DNA of 64,000 bases from Planctomycetota bacterium (GTDB lineage: Bacteria; Planctomycetota; PLA2; JAEUHO01), in NCBI GenBank assembly GCA_965223505.1, contig CBDCWP010000005.1, positions 1-64,000 of the forward strand, given 5' to 3'. Each line of letters opens with the position of its first letter. Position 1 is the first letter of the stretch. The notes under the pieces were generated by a model, which saw nothing but the letters and a program-made list of their open reading frames with translations, did no database searches and was not told the DNA's origin. Shown here piece after piece: positions 29,883-38,517 of this stretch. Made by a program: the position numbers and the translations under genes.

Positions 29883-31165
29883 TACAAGACCTCGTAGAAC
29901 GCCTTCATCACGTCGATCATCATCGGCACGTCGGCCGCGCCGGCCATCTCGCGCGCCGAGTGCATCGAGAGCATCGGATTGCCGACGTCCACCGTGCGCA
30001 CGCCCAACGCCGCGGCGGTCGCCGGGCCAATCGTCGATCCGCACGCGAGATCGGCGCGGTTTGCGAACTGCTGCGGGGTCACGCCGGCGCGTTCGCAGCA
30101 GTTCATGAAACGCGCGATCGACTCCGCCTCGCTGGCGTAGCGCTGATTGATGTTCGACTTGATCACCGGACCGCGCCCGAGCACCGGACGATGCGCCGGC
30201 TCGTGCCGGTCCGGGTAGTTCGGGTGCACGGCGTGTGCCATGTCCGCCGAGATGAGCAGACTCTTCGCGAGCGCGCGCCGCAGCTCGTTTTCGCCGTCCG
30301 TCAGTCGCGCGAGCACGTCGCGCAAGAGGGGCCCGTCCGCGCCGTGGGCGGTGCGACTGCCGATCTCCTCGTGATCCCACAGCGCCAGCACGCGCGTGAA
30401 CGAGGCCGGCGCGTCGGCGCCGGCCAGCAACGCGGACAGCCCCGCGTGACACGAGCCCTGGTTGTCCAGCCGCGGCGCGTGGATGAAGTCGCCGCCGGCG
30501 CCCGAGACGATGGACGGCTGCAGGTCGTACACCATCAGGTCGTAGGACAGCACGTCGCCCGGCGCGACGTCGCCGATCGCTTCCGCGAGTAGCGTCGCGA
30601 GCGACGGCGCGTCGTCCATGCCGAGCAGGCCGTGCACGTGCTGCTGGTGATTCGGCTTGAACCCGTCGGTCATCAGCTCGCGCTGGAGGTGAATCGCGAG
30701 GTTGGCTACGCGCAGCAGCGCGCGCTCGAGGTCCACCAGCACCATGCGCGTGCCGCCCTGCGGCGTGCGCACACCGACGCGCCCCGCGAGCGAGAGATCG
30801 CGGTCGAACCAGGTGTGGGTCAGGACGCCGCCGTAAGGCTCGAGCGCGATGCGTCGATAGCCCTCACCGGCAAGATCGGCGTTCGGTTTCACCCGCAGAT
30901 TCGGCGAGTCCGTGTGCGCGCCCACGACCTGGAAGCCCTCGTCGGCCGGATCGCCCGAACCGCGCTGGAAGGCGACGATGCTTCCGCCGCCGCGGATCAC
31001 GTAGTGCTTGTCGCCGGGCGCCGCTTTCCACGTCTGGTCCTCGTCGAGCCGGCTGTAGCCCGCGGCGTCGAGGCGGCGGGCCGTCTCCGCGACGCAGTGG
31101 TACGGCGTCGGCGACGCATCGATGTAGGCGAGCAGGTCCTGAACCGCGTTCGGGGCGTTCGACAT
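29882..31165 (-). CDS. M18-family aspartyl aminopeptidase
   Basis: SPTPYH, GAHTDSP, RLDN, DHEEIGS, SADMAHAVHPNY, CGSTIGP, SMHSARE. Confidence 0.93.
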   Translation of the reverse strand: MSNAPNAVQDLLAYIDASPTPYHCVAETARRLDAAGYSRLDEDQTWKAAPGDKHYVIRGGGSIVAFQRGSGDPADEGFQVVGAHTDSPNLRVKPNADLAGEGYRRIALEPYGGVLTHTWFDRDLSLAGRVGVRTPQGGTRMVLVDLERALLRVANLAIHLQRELMTDGFKPNHQQHVHGLLGMDDAPSLATLLAEAIGDVAPGDVLSYDLMVYDLQPSIVSGAGGDFIHAPRLDNQGSCHAGLSALLAGADAPASFTRVLALWDHEEIGSRTAHGADGPLLRDVLARLTDGENELRRALAKSLLISADMAHAVHPNYPDRHEPAHRPVLGRGPVIKSNINQRYASEAESIARFMNCCERAGVTPQQFANRADLACGSTIGPATAAALGVRTVDVGNPMLSMHSAREMAGAADVPMMIDVMKAFYEVL

Positions 31166-31174
31166 GCGCGCAGT

Positions 31175-31231
31175 GTAGGGGCAGCCCTGGTGGCTGCCCA
31201 CGAGTCGCCCCATTGCACCGCCCGCCCCTAC
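31175..31231. repeat. REP doublet (one arm degenerate)
   Basis: GTAGGGGCAGCCCTGGTGGCTGCCC ... CGCCCGCCCCTAC. Confidence 0.65.
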
Positions 31232-32568
31232 TTGGGCACCGGAAGGCCGTCGAAGACGTCGTCGCGGTGCAGCCCCAGCCACGGGTCGCTGGACGGCGTG
31301 AGGAACAGCTCCGCGTACACCCACTCGTTCAACGCCTCGACGTCGCTCTGGAAGCCCGTCAGGAAGCGCTCGTGGATCTCGACGTGGAGCTTGTACTCGT
31401 TGCGCACGGTGTCTTCGGCGATCGAACGCTGCAGGTTGCGGATCATCCGCAGCATCGGGGTCTCGGCGATCGACTTCGAGACGGCGACGAGCGCCGCTCT
31501 GCGCGCCGTCGGCGGCTGCGTCGTGCGCTCGATGTGGCGGCGCGCCGATCCGTCGAGACGCGCGTCGTCGCCGTGGCGCGCGGCGATCTGCTGCCAGCGC
31601 TCGTCGTTGAGCCGCTGGTAGATGTACTTGAAGTGTTGACGCCGCGTGGCAACGCTCGCGTTCGTGGACATCCCACCGAGGTAGCAGTCGAGCTTCAGCG
31701 CGTCGAGATCCGTCATGATCTCCGCGTAGATGCGATGAATGGCGTCGGTGTGGTAGCGCTCGAGCGCCCGGAGGCGCTCGTGGCCGGTCAGCTTGGCAAC
31801 GGCCGCATGCAGGTCGCGCACGCGCTCGAGCCAGCGCTGGAACGCCTTGGCTCCGTACAGTCCAGGCAACGCATCCAGCGGTTCGCCGCGGCTGTCCACG
31901 ACGTAGTGCGCGCTGTTGCCGGTGATCGTCTTCTCGAGCTTGCGACCGTCGCCGAAGTCGATCGTGATGCGCGGAATCGGCCGCACGGACCTCCAATGCA
32001 GCACGAAGTGCTTGCGCAGCGACGCCGAGATCGTCGCGTTGGGATAGAGCGTCTTGCGGAAGAAGCGGCTGTTCGCGCACGAGACGGCCTCGTCCAGGTT
32101 GCCGAGCAGGCGCAGCGTCAGGATGGGCTTGCCACTCTCCTTCGCGGCGGCTTTCGCCGCTTCGAAGTCCGTGTACCAGTACAGCCGCGACGCCCACGCT
32201 TCGTGCTGGGCCGCGATCGCGTCGACAGCCGCGTGAAGGCGCGTGGTGTCCAGCTGCTTTGCCGGCGCGTAGCTCCGCGCAGCGCCCGGCGACGCGATCA
32301 GGCCGACGGGGGGATGGAGCTCCTTGGCGTAGACGACGAACATCGCTTCCAGCCCTTTCGGACCCATGGCGCGCAGGGCCTGGGCGGCGGCGTCCGCCTT
32401 GGCGTCGTCATCGGCGACGGCGTCGAGGCACAGCTGTCGCACCGCTGGATCGAGCATCGAAGACGCGGGCAGGACCGGCACGGCGGGCGCCGACTCCTCG
32501 TCGGCGGGGGCAACGGACGGAAGCGCGAGTACGAAGAAGAGAGCGAGAACGAACGTGAGCTGACGCAT
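31228..32568 (-). CDS. Secreted thioredoxin-fold protein with single Cys (SELENON-like motif)
   Basis: Signal peptide; WYTDFEAAKAAAKESGKPIL...LLGNLDEAVSCANSRFFR...HFVLHW. Confidence 0.65.
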   Translation of the reverse strand: MRQLTFVLALFFVLALPSVAPADEESAPAVPVLPASSMLDPAVRQLCLDAVADDDAKADAAAQALRAMGPKGLEAMFVVYAKELHPPVGLIASPGAARSYAPAKQLDTTRLHAAVDAIAAQHEAWASRLYWYTDFEAAKAAAKESGKPILTLRLLGNLDEAVSCANSRFFRKTLYPNATISASLRKHFVLHWRSVRPIPRITIDFGDGRKLEKTITGNSAHYVVDSRGEPLDALPGLYGAKAFQRWLERVRDLHAAVAKLTGHERLRALERYHTDAIHRIYAEIMTDLDALKLDCYLGGMSTNASVATRRQHFKYIYQRLNDERWQQIAARHGDDARLDGSARRHIERTTQPPTARRAALVAVSKSIAETPMLRMIRNLQRSIAEDTVRNEYKLHVEIHERFLTGFQSDVEALNEWVYAELFLTPSSDPWLGLHRDDVFDGLPVPK

Positions 32569-32662
32569 CGAGTACCTCCACTAGGAGGTGTAGCGCGTAC
32601 GGCGCATGCACACCGTCAAAGCTGTGTCCAATCGATGCAAGAGTTGTGTAAGCGCTCGCTGG

Positions 32663-33862
32663 TTACAGCGCGCTGCGACAGCGCGGGCAGCTCTTGATCC
32701 TGCTCACCATCTCCGGCGGGATCTTGAGCGCCGCGCCGCACGCGTCGCAGTCCACCTTCTGATAGCCCGACGCCGACAGGAACGCGTCCGAGGCTCGGCG
32801 CCGGCGCTGCGTGGTCGTCGAGTCGTCCTTGGACTCGGGCTTGCGGATCTCGAACGACTGCGCGTCGCCCAGCGTGCGCGCGCCGATGACGCCCTTCTTC
32901 TTCACCTTGCGAAAGGCCGCCTCGTACGCGTCGAAGCCCGCGCCGCCGGCCATGGTGCGCAGCACCCTGATGCGATCGGCCAACGGTGGGTGCGTCGAGA
33001 AGGCGCTCGACAGGCTGCGCTTCTCGCCCTCCTTGAGCGGATGAACGATGTACATCGGCGCGGTGACCCGGCTGTCGTCGGCTTGCGGAAGCTGGTTGTG
33101 GCCGAGCTTCTCCAGCGCGGACGCGAGGCCGTCCGGGTAGCGCGTGAACATGGCCCCCGACGCGTCGGCGAGGTACTCGCGTTTGCGCGACAGCGCGAAG
33201 TAGATGAGCTGAGAGAGGATCGGCGCAAGGATCAGAAGCAGCACGGCGACGATCATCAAGATCGCCTGCGCGCCGCCCTGGTCGTTCGACGAGCGCGAAC
33301 GGCGTGCGCCGCCGCCCCACCACAGCGCGCGGATGCCGACCTCGGCCAGCAGCACGATGCAGCCGACCATGATGCCGGCGGTGGTCATCAAGGCGACGTC
33401 ACGGTTCTTGATGTGCCCGATCTCGTGGGCGACCACGCCCTGCAGCTCGTCGCGGTCGAGCATGCGCAGGAGCCCCGTGGTCACGGACACGCCCGCGTTC
33501 TCCGGCTTGCGACCGGTCGCGAACGCGTTCGGCGAGGGGTCGTCGACGATGAAGACCTTCGGCATCTTGGGCAGCGCCGACGCGATCGTCATCTCTTCGA
33601 CGATGTTGAAGAGCTGCGGATGGTCCTTGTGCTGGATCTCGCGCGCGCCGGCGATCTGCAGCAGCACGTTGTCGCCGTTGGACACAGTGACGAGCCACAT
33701 GACCAGCCAGAGGCCGAACGCGATGATGCCGCCGCCGATCATGCCGCCGTCGCTGCCGGTCAGCAGGATGCCGAGCGCCATGCCCATGGCGACGAGTAGC
33801 ACGCCCATGCCGGTGATGACGAAGGCGCTGCGCCTACGGTTGAACCGGATCTGTTCCCACAT
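32663..33862 (-). CDS. M48/HtpX-family zinc metalloprotease with C-terminal Zn ribbon
   Basis: PNAFATG, HEIGH, REYLADA, STHPP; CDAC...CPRC. Confidence 0.9.
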   Translation of the reverse strand: MWEQIRFNRRRSAFVITGMGVLLVAMGMALGILLTGSDGGMIGGGIIAFGLWLVMWLVTVSNGDNVLLQIAGAREIQHKDHPQLFNIVEEMTIASALPKMPKVFIVDDPSPNAFATGRKPENAGVSVTTGLLRMLDRDELQGVVAHEIGHIKNRDVALMTTAGIMVGCIVLLAEVGIRALWWGGGARRSRSSNDQGGAQAILMIVAVLLLILAPILSQLIYFALSRKREYLADASGAMFTRYPDGLASALEKLGHNQLPQADDSRVTAPMYIVHPLKEGEKRSLSSAFSTHPPLADRIRVLRTMAGGAGFDAYEAAFRKVKKKGVIGARTLGDAQSFEIRKPESKDDSTTTQRRRRASDAFLSASGYQKVDCDACGAALKIPPEMVSRIKSCPRCRSAL

Positions 33863-33874
33863 GGGTCGGCCGTT

Positions 33875-34432
33875 CTAGCTCGAGAAATCGACCTTCGGCA
33901 CTTCGCGCTCCGCCGCGACCTCTACCTCGAACAGCTCGGCTTCCTCGAAGCTGCCGCTGATCAGGTTCGCGGGGAACACCTCGCGCTTGTTGTTGTAGCG
34001 GGTCGCGGCGTCGTTGTACGCCTGACGCGCGAAGCCGATCCGGTTCTCCGTCGAAGCCAGCTCTTCCTGCAACGCGAGGAAGTTCGTGTTGGCCTTCAGG
34101 TCCGGGTAGCTCTCGACCAGCCCGAAGAAGCCGGTCAGCGCGGCGCCGAGCGCGCCTTCGGCCTTGCCGACGGCCGCGGGCCCCTGGTTGGCGGCGCCGA
34201 CCGCCTGGTTGCGGGCCGCGACGACCTTCTCGAGGGTCTCCGCCTCGTGCTTCATGTAGCCCTTGGCGGTCTCGACCAGGTTCGGGATCAGGTCGTGACG
34301 GCGCTTGAGCTGCACGTCGATCTGCGCCCAGCCGTTCTTGGCCTCGTTGCGCGCCCGGACGAGGCCGTTGTAGATCCCGATGAAGTAGAGAACGAGGAGA
34401 AAGACGGCACCGAGAACGATGAACAGGGTCAT
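33875..34432 (-). CDS. lemA: LemA-family protein
   Basis: YNGLV, QIDVQLKRRHDLIPNLVE, ESYPDLKAN, ARQAYN. Confidence 0.95.
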   Translation of the reverse strand: MTLFIVLGAVFLLVLYFIGIYNGLVRARNEAKNGWAQIDVQLKRRHDLIPNLVETAKGYMKHEAETLEKVVAARNQAVGAANQGPAAVGKAEGALGAALTGFFGLVESYPDLKANTNFLALQEELASTENRIGFARQAYNDAATRYNNKREVFPANLISGSFEEAELFEVEVAAEREVPKVDFSS

Positions 34433-34486
34433 GCGGATTCGACTCCCACTTGGCCAGGGGCGCCCAGCATACCCTCCCCGCGGCGG

Positions 34487-35719
34487 TCAATGCGCAGGTG
34501 CGTCACTGACCCGGCCGAGCAACACGTGTCCGATCACGTAGAAGGCGATCACGGACAGCAGCGCGGTGCGTTGGTCGCCGCCGAGCGTCGAGGTGATCGT
34601 GATGAAGACGAGCGGTCCGATGATGGCGCCCGACTTGCCGCAGAGGGCGTAGAAGCCGAACATCTCCGCCTCGCGTCCGTCCGGAATGAGCCGCGAGACG
34701 AAGGCGCGCGACGCCGATTGGATGCTGCCGAGCCCCAGCCCCGCCAGCGCGCCGACGATCGTGAAGCCGATCTTGGACGGGGCGAAGTACGCGGCGACGA
34801 CCACCCCCACCCACCAGACGAGGAGCACGCGCACCGTCCAGCGCGGTCCCTTCACGTCCGCGGGCTTCGCCATGATGAGCGCACCGAGCAGCGCGGTCAC
34901 CTGCACGACCGCTACGAGCCCCAGGAGCTGCGGTCGCGTGAACCCGAGCTCCTTGCTCGCGTAGAGCGACGCGAACACGATCACCGTGTGCACGCCGTCC
35001 ATGTAGAAGAAGTACGAGACGAGGAACCGGCGCAGGTTGCGCATCGCCCACACGTCGGAGAGCGTCTTGCGCGTCTGCCGCACCCCCTCGATGCCCGCCG
35101 CCACCAGGCCGAGCTGCGTCGGCCGGTCCGGCGGCAGGCGGCGGAATGCCGGGATCGAGGCCAGACCCCACTGGAGCGCGAGCGCGACCCAGACCCACGC
35201 CAGCCAGCCTTCCTGCAGCAACAGCGCCGCGACGCCCAACGCGAGCAACGATCCCGCGTAGCCGACGGCGAACCCGAGGGCGGAGAGCCGCCCCTGCTCG
35301 TCGGTCGGCGCGAGATCCGGCAGATACGCGTTGTAGAAGACGTTGCTCGCTTCGAAGCACACGCTCGCCAGCACGCCGACGACGAACCCGCCCCACACCA
35401 TGCCGGGCGCCAGTCCGGCGAAGCCGAGCACGCTCGCGATCCCGCCCAAGGTGAACACCAGGAGCATGCGCTTGCGCCGGTTGGTGTGGTCGGCGATGCC
35501 GCCGAGGAACGGCGCCGACAGCGCGGCGGTGAACATCGCCGTCGACAGCACCATGCCCCACCACCAGGAGCCCTCTCCGTCTTCGTTGCCCACGACGGTC
35601 TCGGCGTAGAAGACGGCGAAGACCACGGGATAGAGGACGGCGAAGGCCGAATTGCCGAGGTCGTAGAGGCACCACGCGCGGACGTTAGGGTTAGAGAAGA
35701 GTCGTTTCGCCGCGGACAC
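34487..35719 (-). CDS. MFS transporter (UMF1/ATG22-like)
   Basis: WCLYDLGNSAF, VFYNAYLP, FFYMDG, EMFGFY. Confidence 0.88.
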   Translation of the reverse strand: MSAAKRLFSNPNVRAWCLYDLGNSAFAVLYPVVFAVFYAETVVGNEDGEGSWWWGMVLSTAMFTAALSAPFLGGIADHTNRRKRMLLVFTLGGIASVLGFAGLAPGMVWGGFVVGVLASVCFEASNVFYNAYLPDLAPTDEQGRLSALGFAVGYAGSLLALGVAALLLQEGWLAWVWVALALQWGLASIPAFRRLPPDRPTQLGLVAAGIEGVRQTRKTLSDVWAMRNLRRFLVSYFFYMDGVHTVIVFASLYASKELGFTRPQLLGLVAVVQVTALLGALIMAKPADVKGPRWTVRVLLVWWVGVVVAAYFAPSKIGFTIVGALAGLGLGSIQSASRAFVSRLIPDGREAEMFGFYALCGKSGAIIGPLVFITITSTLGGDQRTALLSVIAFYVIGHVLLGRVSDAPAH

Positions 35720-35838
35720 GGGCGGATTATGTGCGGAGCGGCCGCGCCGCGGAGGGAACCCTGCGGCCGGGGGCCCCCTTTCCGAACGAAAACGGTATTT
35801 TTGAAGGTCCCAACGAGTGCGGAAGAGGTAGGAACGTC

Positions 35839-36867
35839 ATGAACACGTCGGAGCTGGAACGTACGGCCCAGGCGATCGTCGCGCCGGGCAAGGGCATCTT
35901 GGCTGCGGACGAGAGCACGCCCACGATCGCGAAGCGGTTCGCGTCGATCGACACGGAATCGACCGAGGAGAACCGGCGCGCGTATCGCGGCATGCTGTTC
36001 ACCACGGAGGGCGCCGCGGAGAACATCAGCGGCGTCATCTTGTTCGACGAGACCCTGCGCCAGTCGGCCGACGACGGGACGCCGTTCCCGAAGCTCCTGC
36101 AAGATCAGGGCATCATTCCGGGCATCAAGGTCGACAAGGGCGCCAAGCCGCTCGCCGGTTCGACCGACGAGAAGGTGACCGAGGGGCTCGACGGCCTGCG
36201 TGAGCGGCTCGCGGAGTACTACGAGCTCGGCGCGCGCTTCGCGAAGTGGCGCGCGGTCATCACCATCGGCGACGGCATCCCCTCCGACTACTGCATCGAG
36301 GCGAACGCGCACGCGCTCGCGCGCTACGCGGCCTTGTCGCAGGAGGCCGGCCTGGTTCCGATCGTGGAGCCCGAGGTGCTCATGGACGGCGCCCACACGA
36401 TCGAGCGCTGCGAAGAGGTGACGACGCGCACGCTGCACGTCACCTTCGACCGGCTCTACCACCAGGGCGTGCACCTCGAGGGGATGCTGCTCAAGCCGAA
36501 CATGGTCTTGTCGGGGAGCGAGTGCCCGGTGCAGGCCGACGTCCAGACGGTCGCGCAAGCCACCGTGCGGTGCTTCTTGCGCTCGGTTCCCGCCGCGGTG
36601 CCCGGGATCGTGTTCCTGTCGGGCGGACAGAGCGACGAGTTGGCGACGGCGCACCTCAACGCCATGAACCAGATAGGCGACCACCCGTGGGAGCTCAGCT
36701 ACTCGTACGGCCGAGCGCTCCAAGCGCCCGCGCTGAAGGCGTGGGGCGGCAACCCGGACAACCTCGATGCGGGACGGGCGGCGTATCTGCATCGCGCGCG
36801 GTGCAACGGCGCGGCGCGCTACGGCAAGTACTCCGAGGAGATGGAGACCGCGGCCGCCGGCGCGTAG
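35839..36867 (+). CDS. fba: Class I fructose-bisphosphate aldolase
   Basis: GKGILAADES, GIKVDKG, FAKWR, VPIVEPE, LLKPNMV, FLSGGQ, SYGRALQ. Confidence 0.95.
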   Translation: MNTSELERTAQAIVAPGKGILAADESTPTIAKRFASIDTESTEENRRAYRGMLFTTEGAAENISGVILFDETLRQSADDGTPFPKLLQDQGIIPGIKVDKGAKPLAGSTDEKVTEGLDGLRERLAEYYELGARFAKWRAVITIGDGIPSDYCIEANAHALARYAALSQEAGLVPIVEPEVLMDGAHTIERCEEVTTRTLHVTFDRLYHQGVHLEGMLLKPNMVLSGSECPVQADVQTVAQATVRCFLRSVPAAVPGIVFLSGGQSDELATAHLNAMNQIGDHPWELSYSYGRALQAPALKAWGGNPDNLDAGRAAYLHRARCNGAARYGKYSEEMETAAAGA

Positions 36868-36956
36868 ACGTTCGAACCCACCGCGTGCGGAACGTACCCG
36901 AACGCGGCACGGGACGCGCATCGGAACGATGCAAGCCAAGAGCCTGCGCCACGCTC

Positions 36957-37536
36957 TCACGCACGGCGCGCGCGCCCAGGCGCTCTTTCGCCGGGCCAAC
37001 ATCGTCGAGATGAGGAGAGCACCCCGTCTTCCTTGATTGGCTTCGTGGTGTACCCGTCCATCCCCGCCTCGAGACAGCGCTCCCGGTCGCCCTTCATCGC
37101 ATGCGCGGTCAAGGCGATGATCGGGATGTGCCCGCCGTGGGACGCCTCGGCCTCGCGGATCGCGGCCGTCGCTTTCAAACCGTCCATGACCGACATCTGA
37201 ACGTCCATCAGGATGAACTCGAACCTGTCGGCGTGATAGGCCTCGAGCGCGAGCTTGCCGTTGGCGGCATGCATGACCGCGATTCCGTTGCGCTCCGACA
37301 TGCGCCGGGCCACGAGCACGTTGACGCGGTTGTCCTCGACGAGCAGGACCTTGCGCGTCGCGCCGCTCGCCGGCGCGGCGCGCGACGTCTTGGGCGCGGG
37401 CGCGGGTTCGGCGGGATTCGGGCGCCTTCGAGACCGTCGGCTCGAACGCCCTGCCGAGCAGCCGGATGACGTCCGCCTCCCCGTACGGATTCTCGAGTGC
37501 GGCGGCCGCAACGAGGCTCGACCGCACGCCCGGCAC
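36957..37536 (-). pseudogene. Remnant of a hybrid histidine kinase C-terminus (receiver domain)
   Basis: VLLVEDNRVN...ILMDVQM...IPIIALTAHAMKGDRERCLEAGMDGYTTKP at ~37030-37360 with no in-frame start; flanking protein-like sequence lies in another frame. Confidence 0.6.
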
Positions 37537-37578
37537 GGAGGCAGGCGTCGTCCGAAGCCGGCCCTATCCTCCCCGTCG

Positions 37579-38478
37579 ATGGCCCTGTCCCGGCGCTCCG
37601 CACTGATCCTCCTCGCCGCGATCGGGCTCCTGCTCGTGCTGCCGCTGCCGCTCTTCGGACGGGTAGCGACGTCGATCCTCGACATCGGCCACATCCCGGC
37701 GGCGGGCCTCGTCGCGCTCGCGATCCTCTACGGCTTCCGGCACCGGCTCCCTCGGTCGAACGCGGCGGCCGCGTGGTGCGCGTGGGCCGTGACGACGGCC
37801 GGCTTCGGCGGGATCGAGCTGCTCCAAGGCGCGATCGGTCGCAACGCGTCGTGGCAGGACGCGGTCACGAACGCGCTGGGCGCCGGCGCGTTCCTCCTGT
37901 TCGCCCGTGGCTCGACGCCGCGCCGCGTCGCTGCGATCGCCCTGGTGCTCGTCGCGCTCGTGCTTCCTGTCCGCACGCTGGTCGACGCCTTTCGTCAACG
38001 GACGCAGATGCCGGTGCTCGCGTCGTTCGAGGACGACCTCGAGATGACCCGTTGGTTCTTTCAGGAGGCCGACGGCGAGCGCAGCGACACCAACGCGACC
38101 GACGGATCATCGAGCTTGCGTCTCTCCCTTCACGCGGGCCGATACCCGGGCGGCGCGTTCATCCCGTACGCGGACTGGCGCGACTACCGCACACTGATGT
38201 TCGAGCTGGTGATCACGGGCAACGAACCGCTCGAGCTGATCCTGAAGATCGAAGACGATGCGCACGACGACACGTACCACGATCGCTTCCACAAGACGCT
38301 GAAGCTCACGCCGGGCCCCCATCAGCTGTTCGTTTCGCTGGACGAGGTGCGCGCCGGACCGCGCAGCCGCGAGATGGACCTGGGGCGCATTCGCGTGGTG
38401 CAGTGGTTCGTGAACGGCCTGCCGCGGCCGCGAACCGTCTACCTCGACAACGTGCGGCTGCTGAAGCAGAAGCGCTGA
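37579..38478 (+). CDS. VanZ-like membrane domain fused to a CBM-like/galactose-binding domain
   Basis: GH...IELLQ..IGRNASWQD..NALG; C-terminal ASFED...DWRDY...VYLDNVRL. Confidence 0.7.
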   Translation: MALSRRSALILLAAIGLLLVLPLPLFGRVATSILDIGHIPAAGLVALAILYGFRHRLPRSNAAAAWCAWAVTTAGFGGIELLQGAIGRNASWQDAVTNALGAGAFLLFARGSTPRRVAAIALVLVALVLPVRTLVDAFRQRTQMPVLASFEDDLEMTRWFFQEADGERSDTNATDGSSSLRLSLHAGRYPGGAFIPYADWRDYRTLMFELVITGNEPLELILKIEDDAHDDTYHDRFHKTLKLTPGPHQLFVSLDEVRAGPRSREMDLGRIRVVQWFVNGLPRPRTVYLDNVRLLKQKR

Positions 38479-38517
38479 GCGATCCCCTCGGCTCACGCCG
38501 TTCGCGCGGGACCGGGT

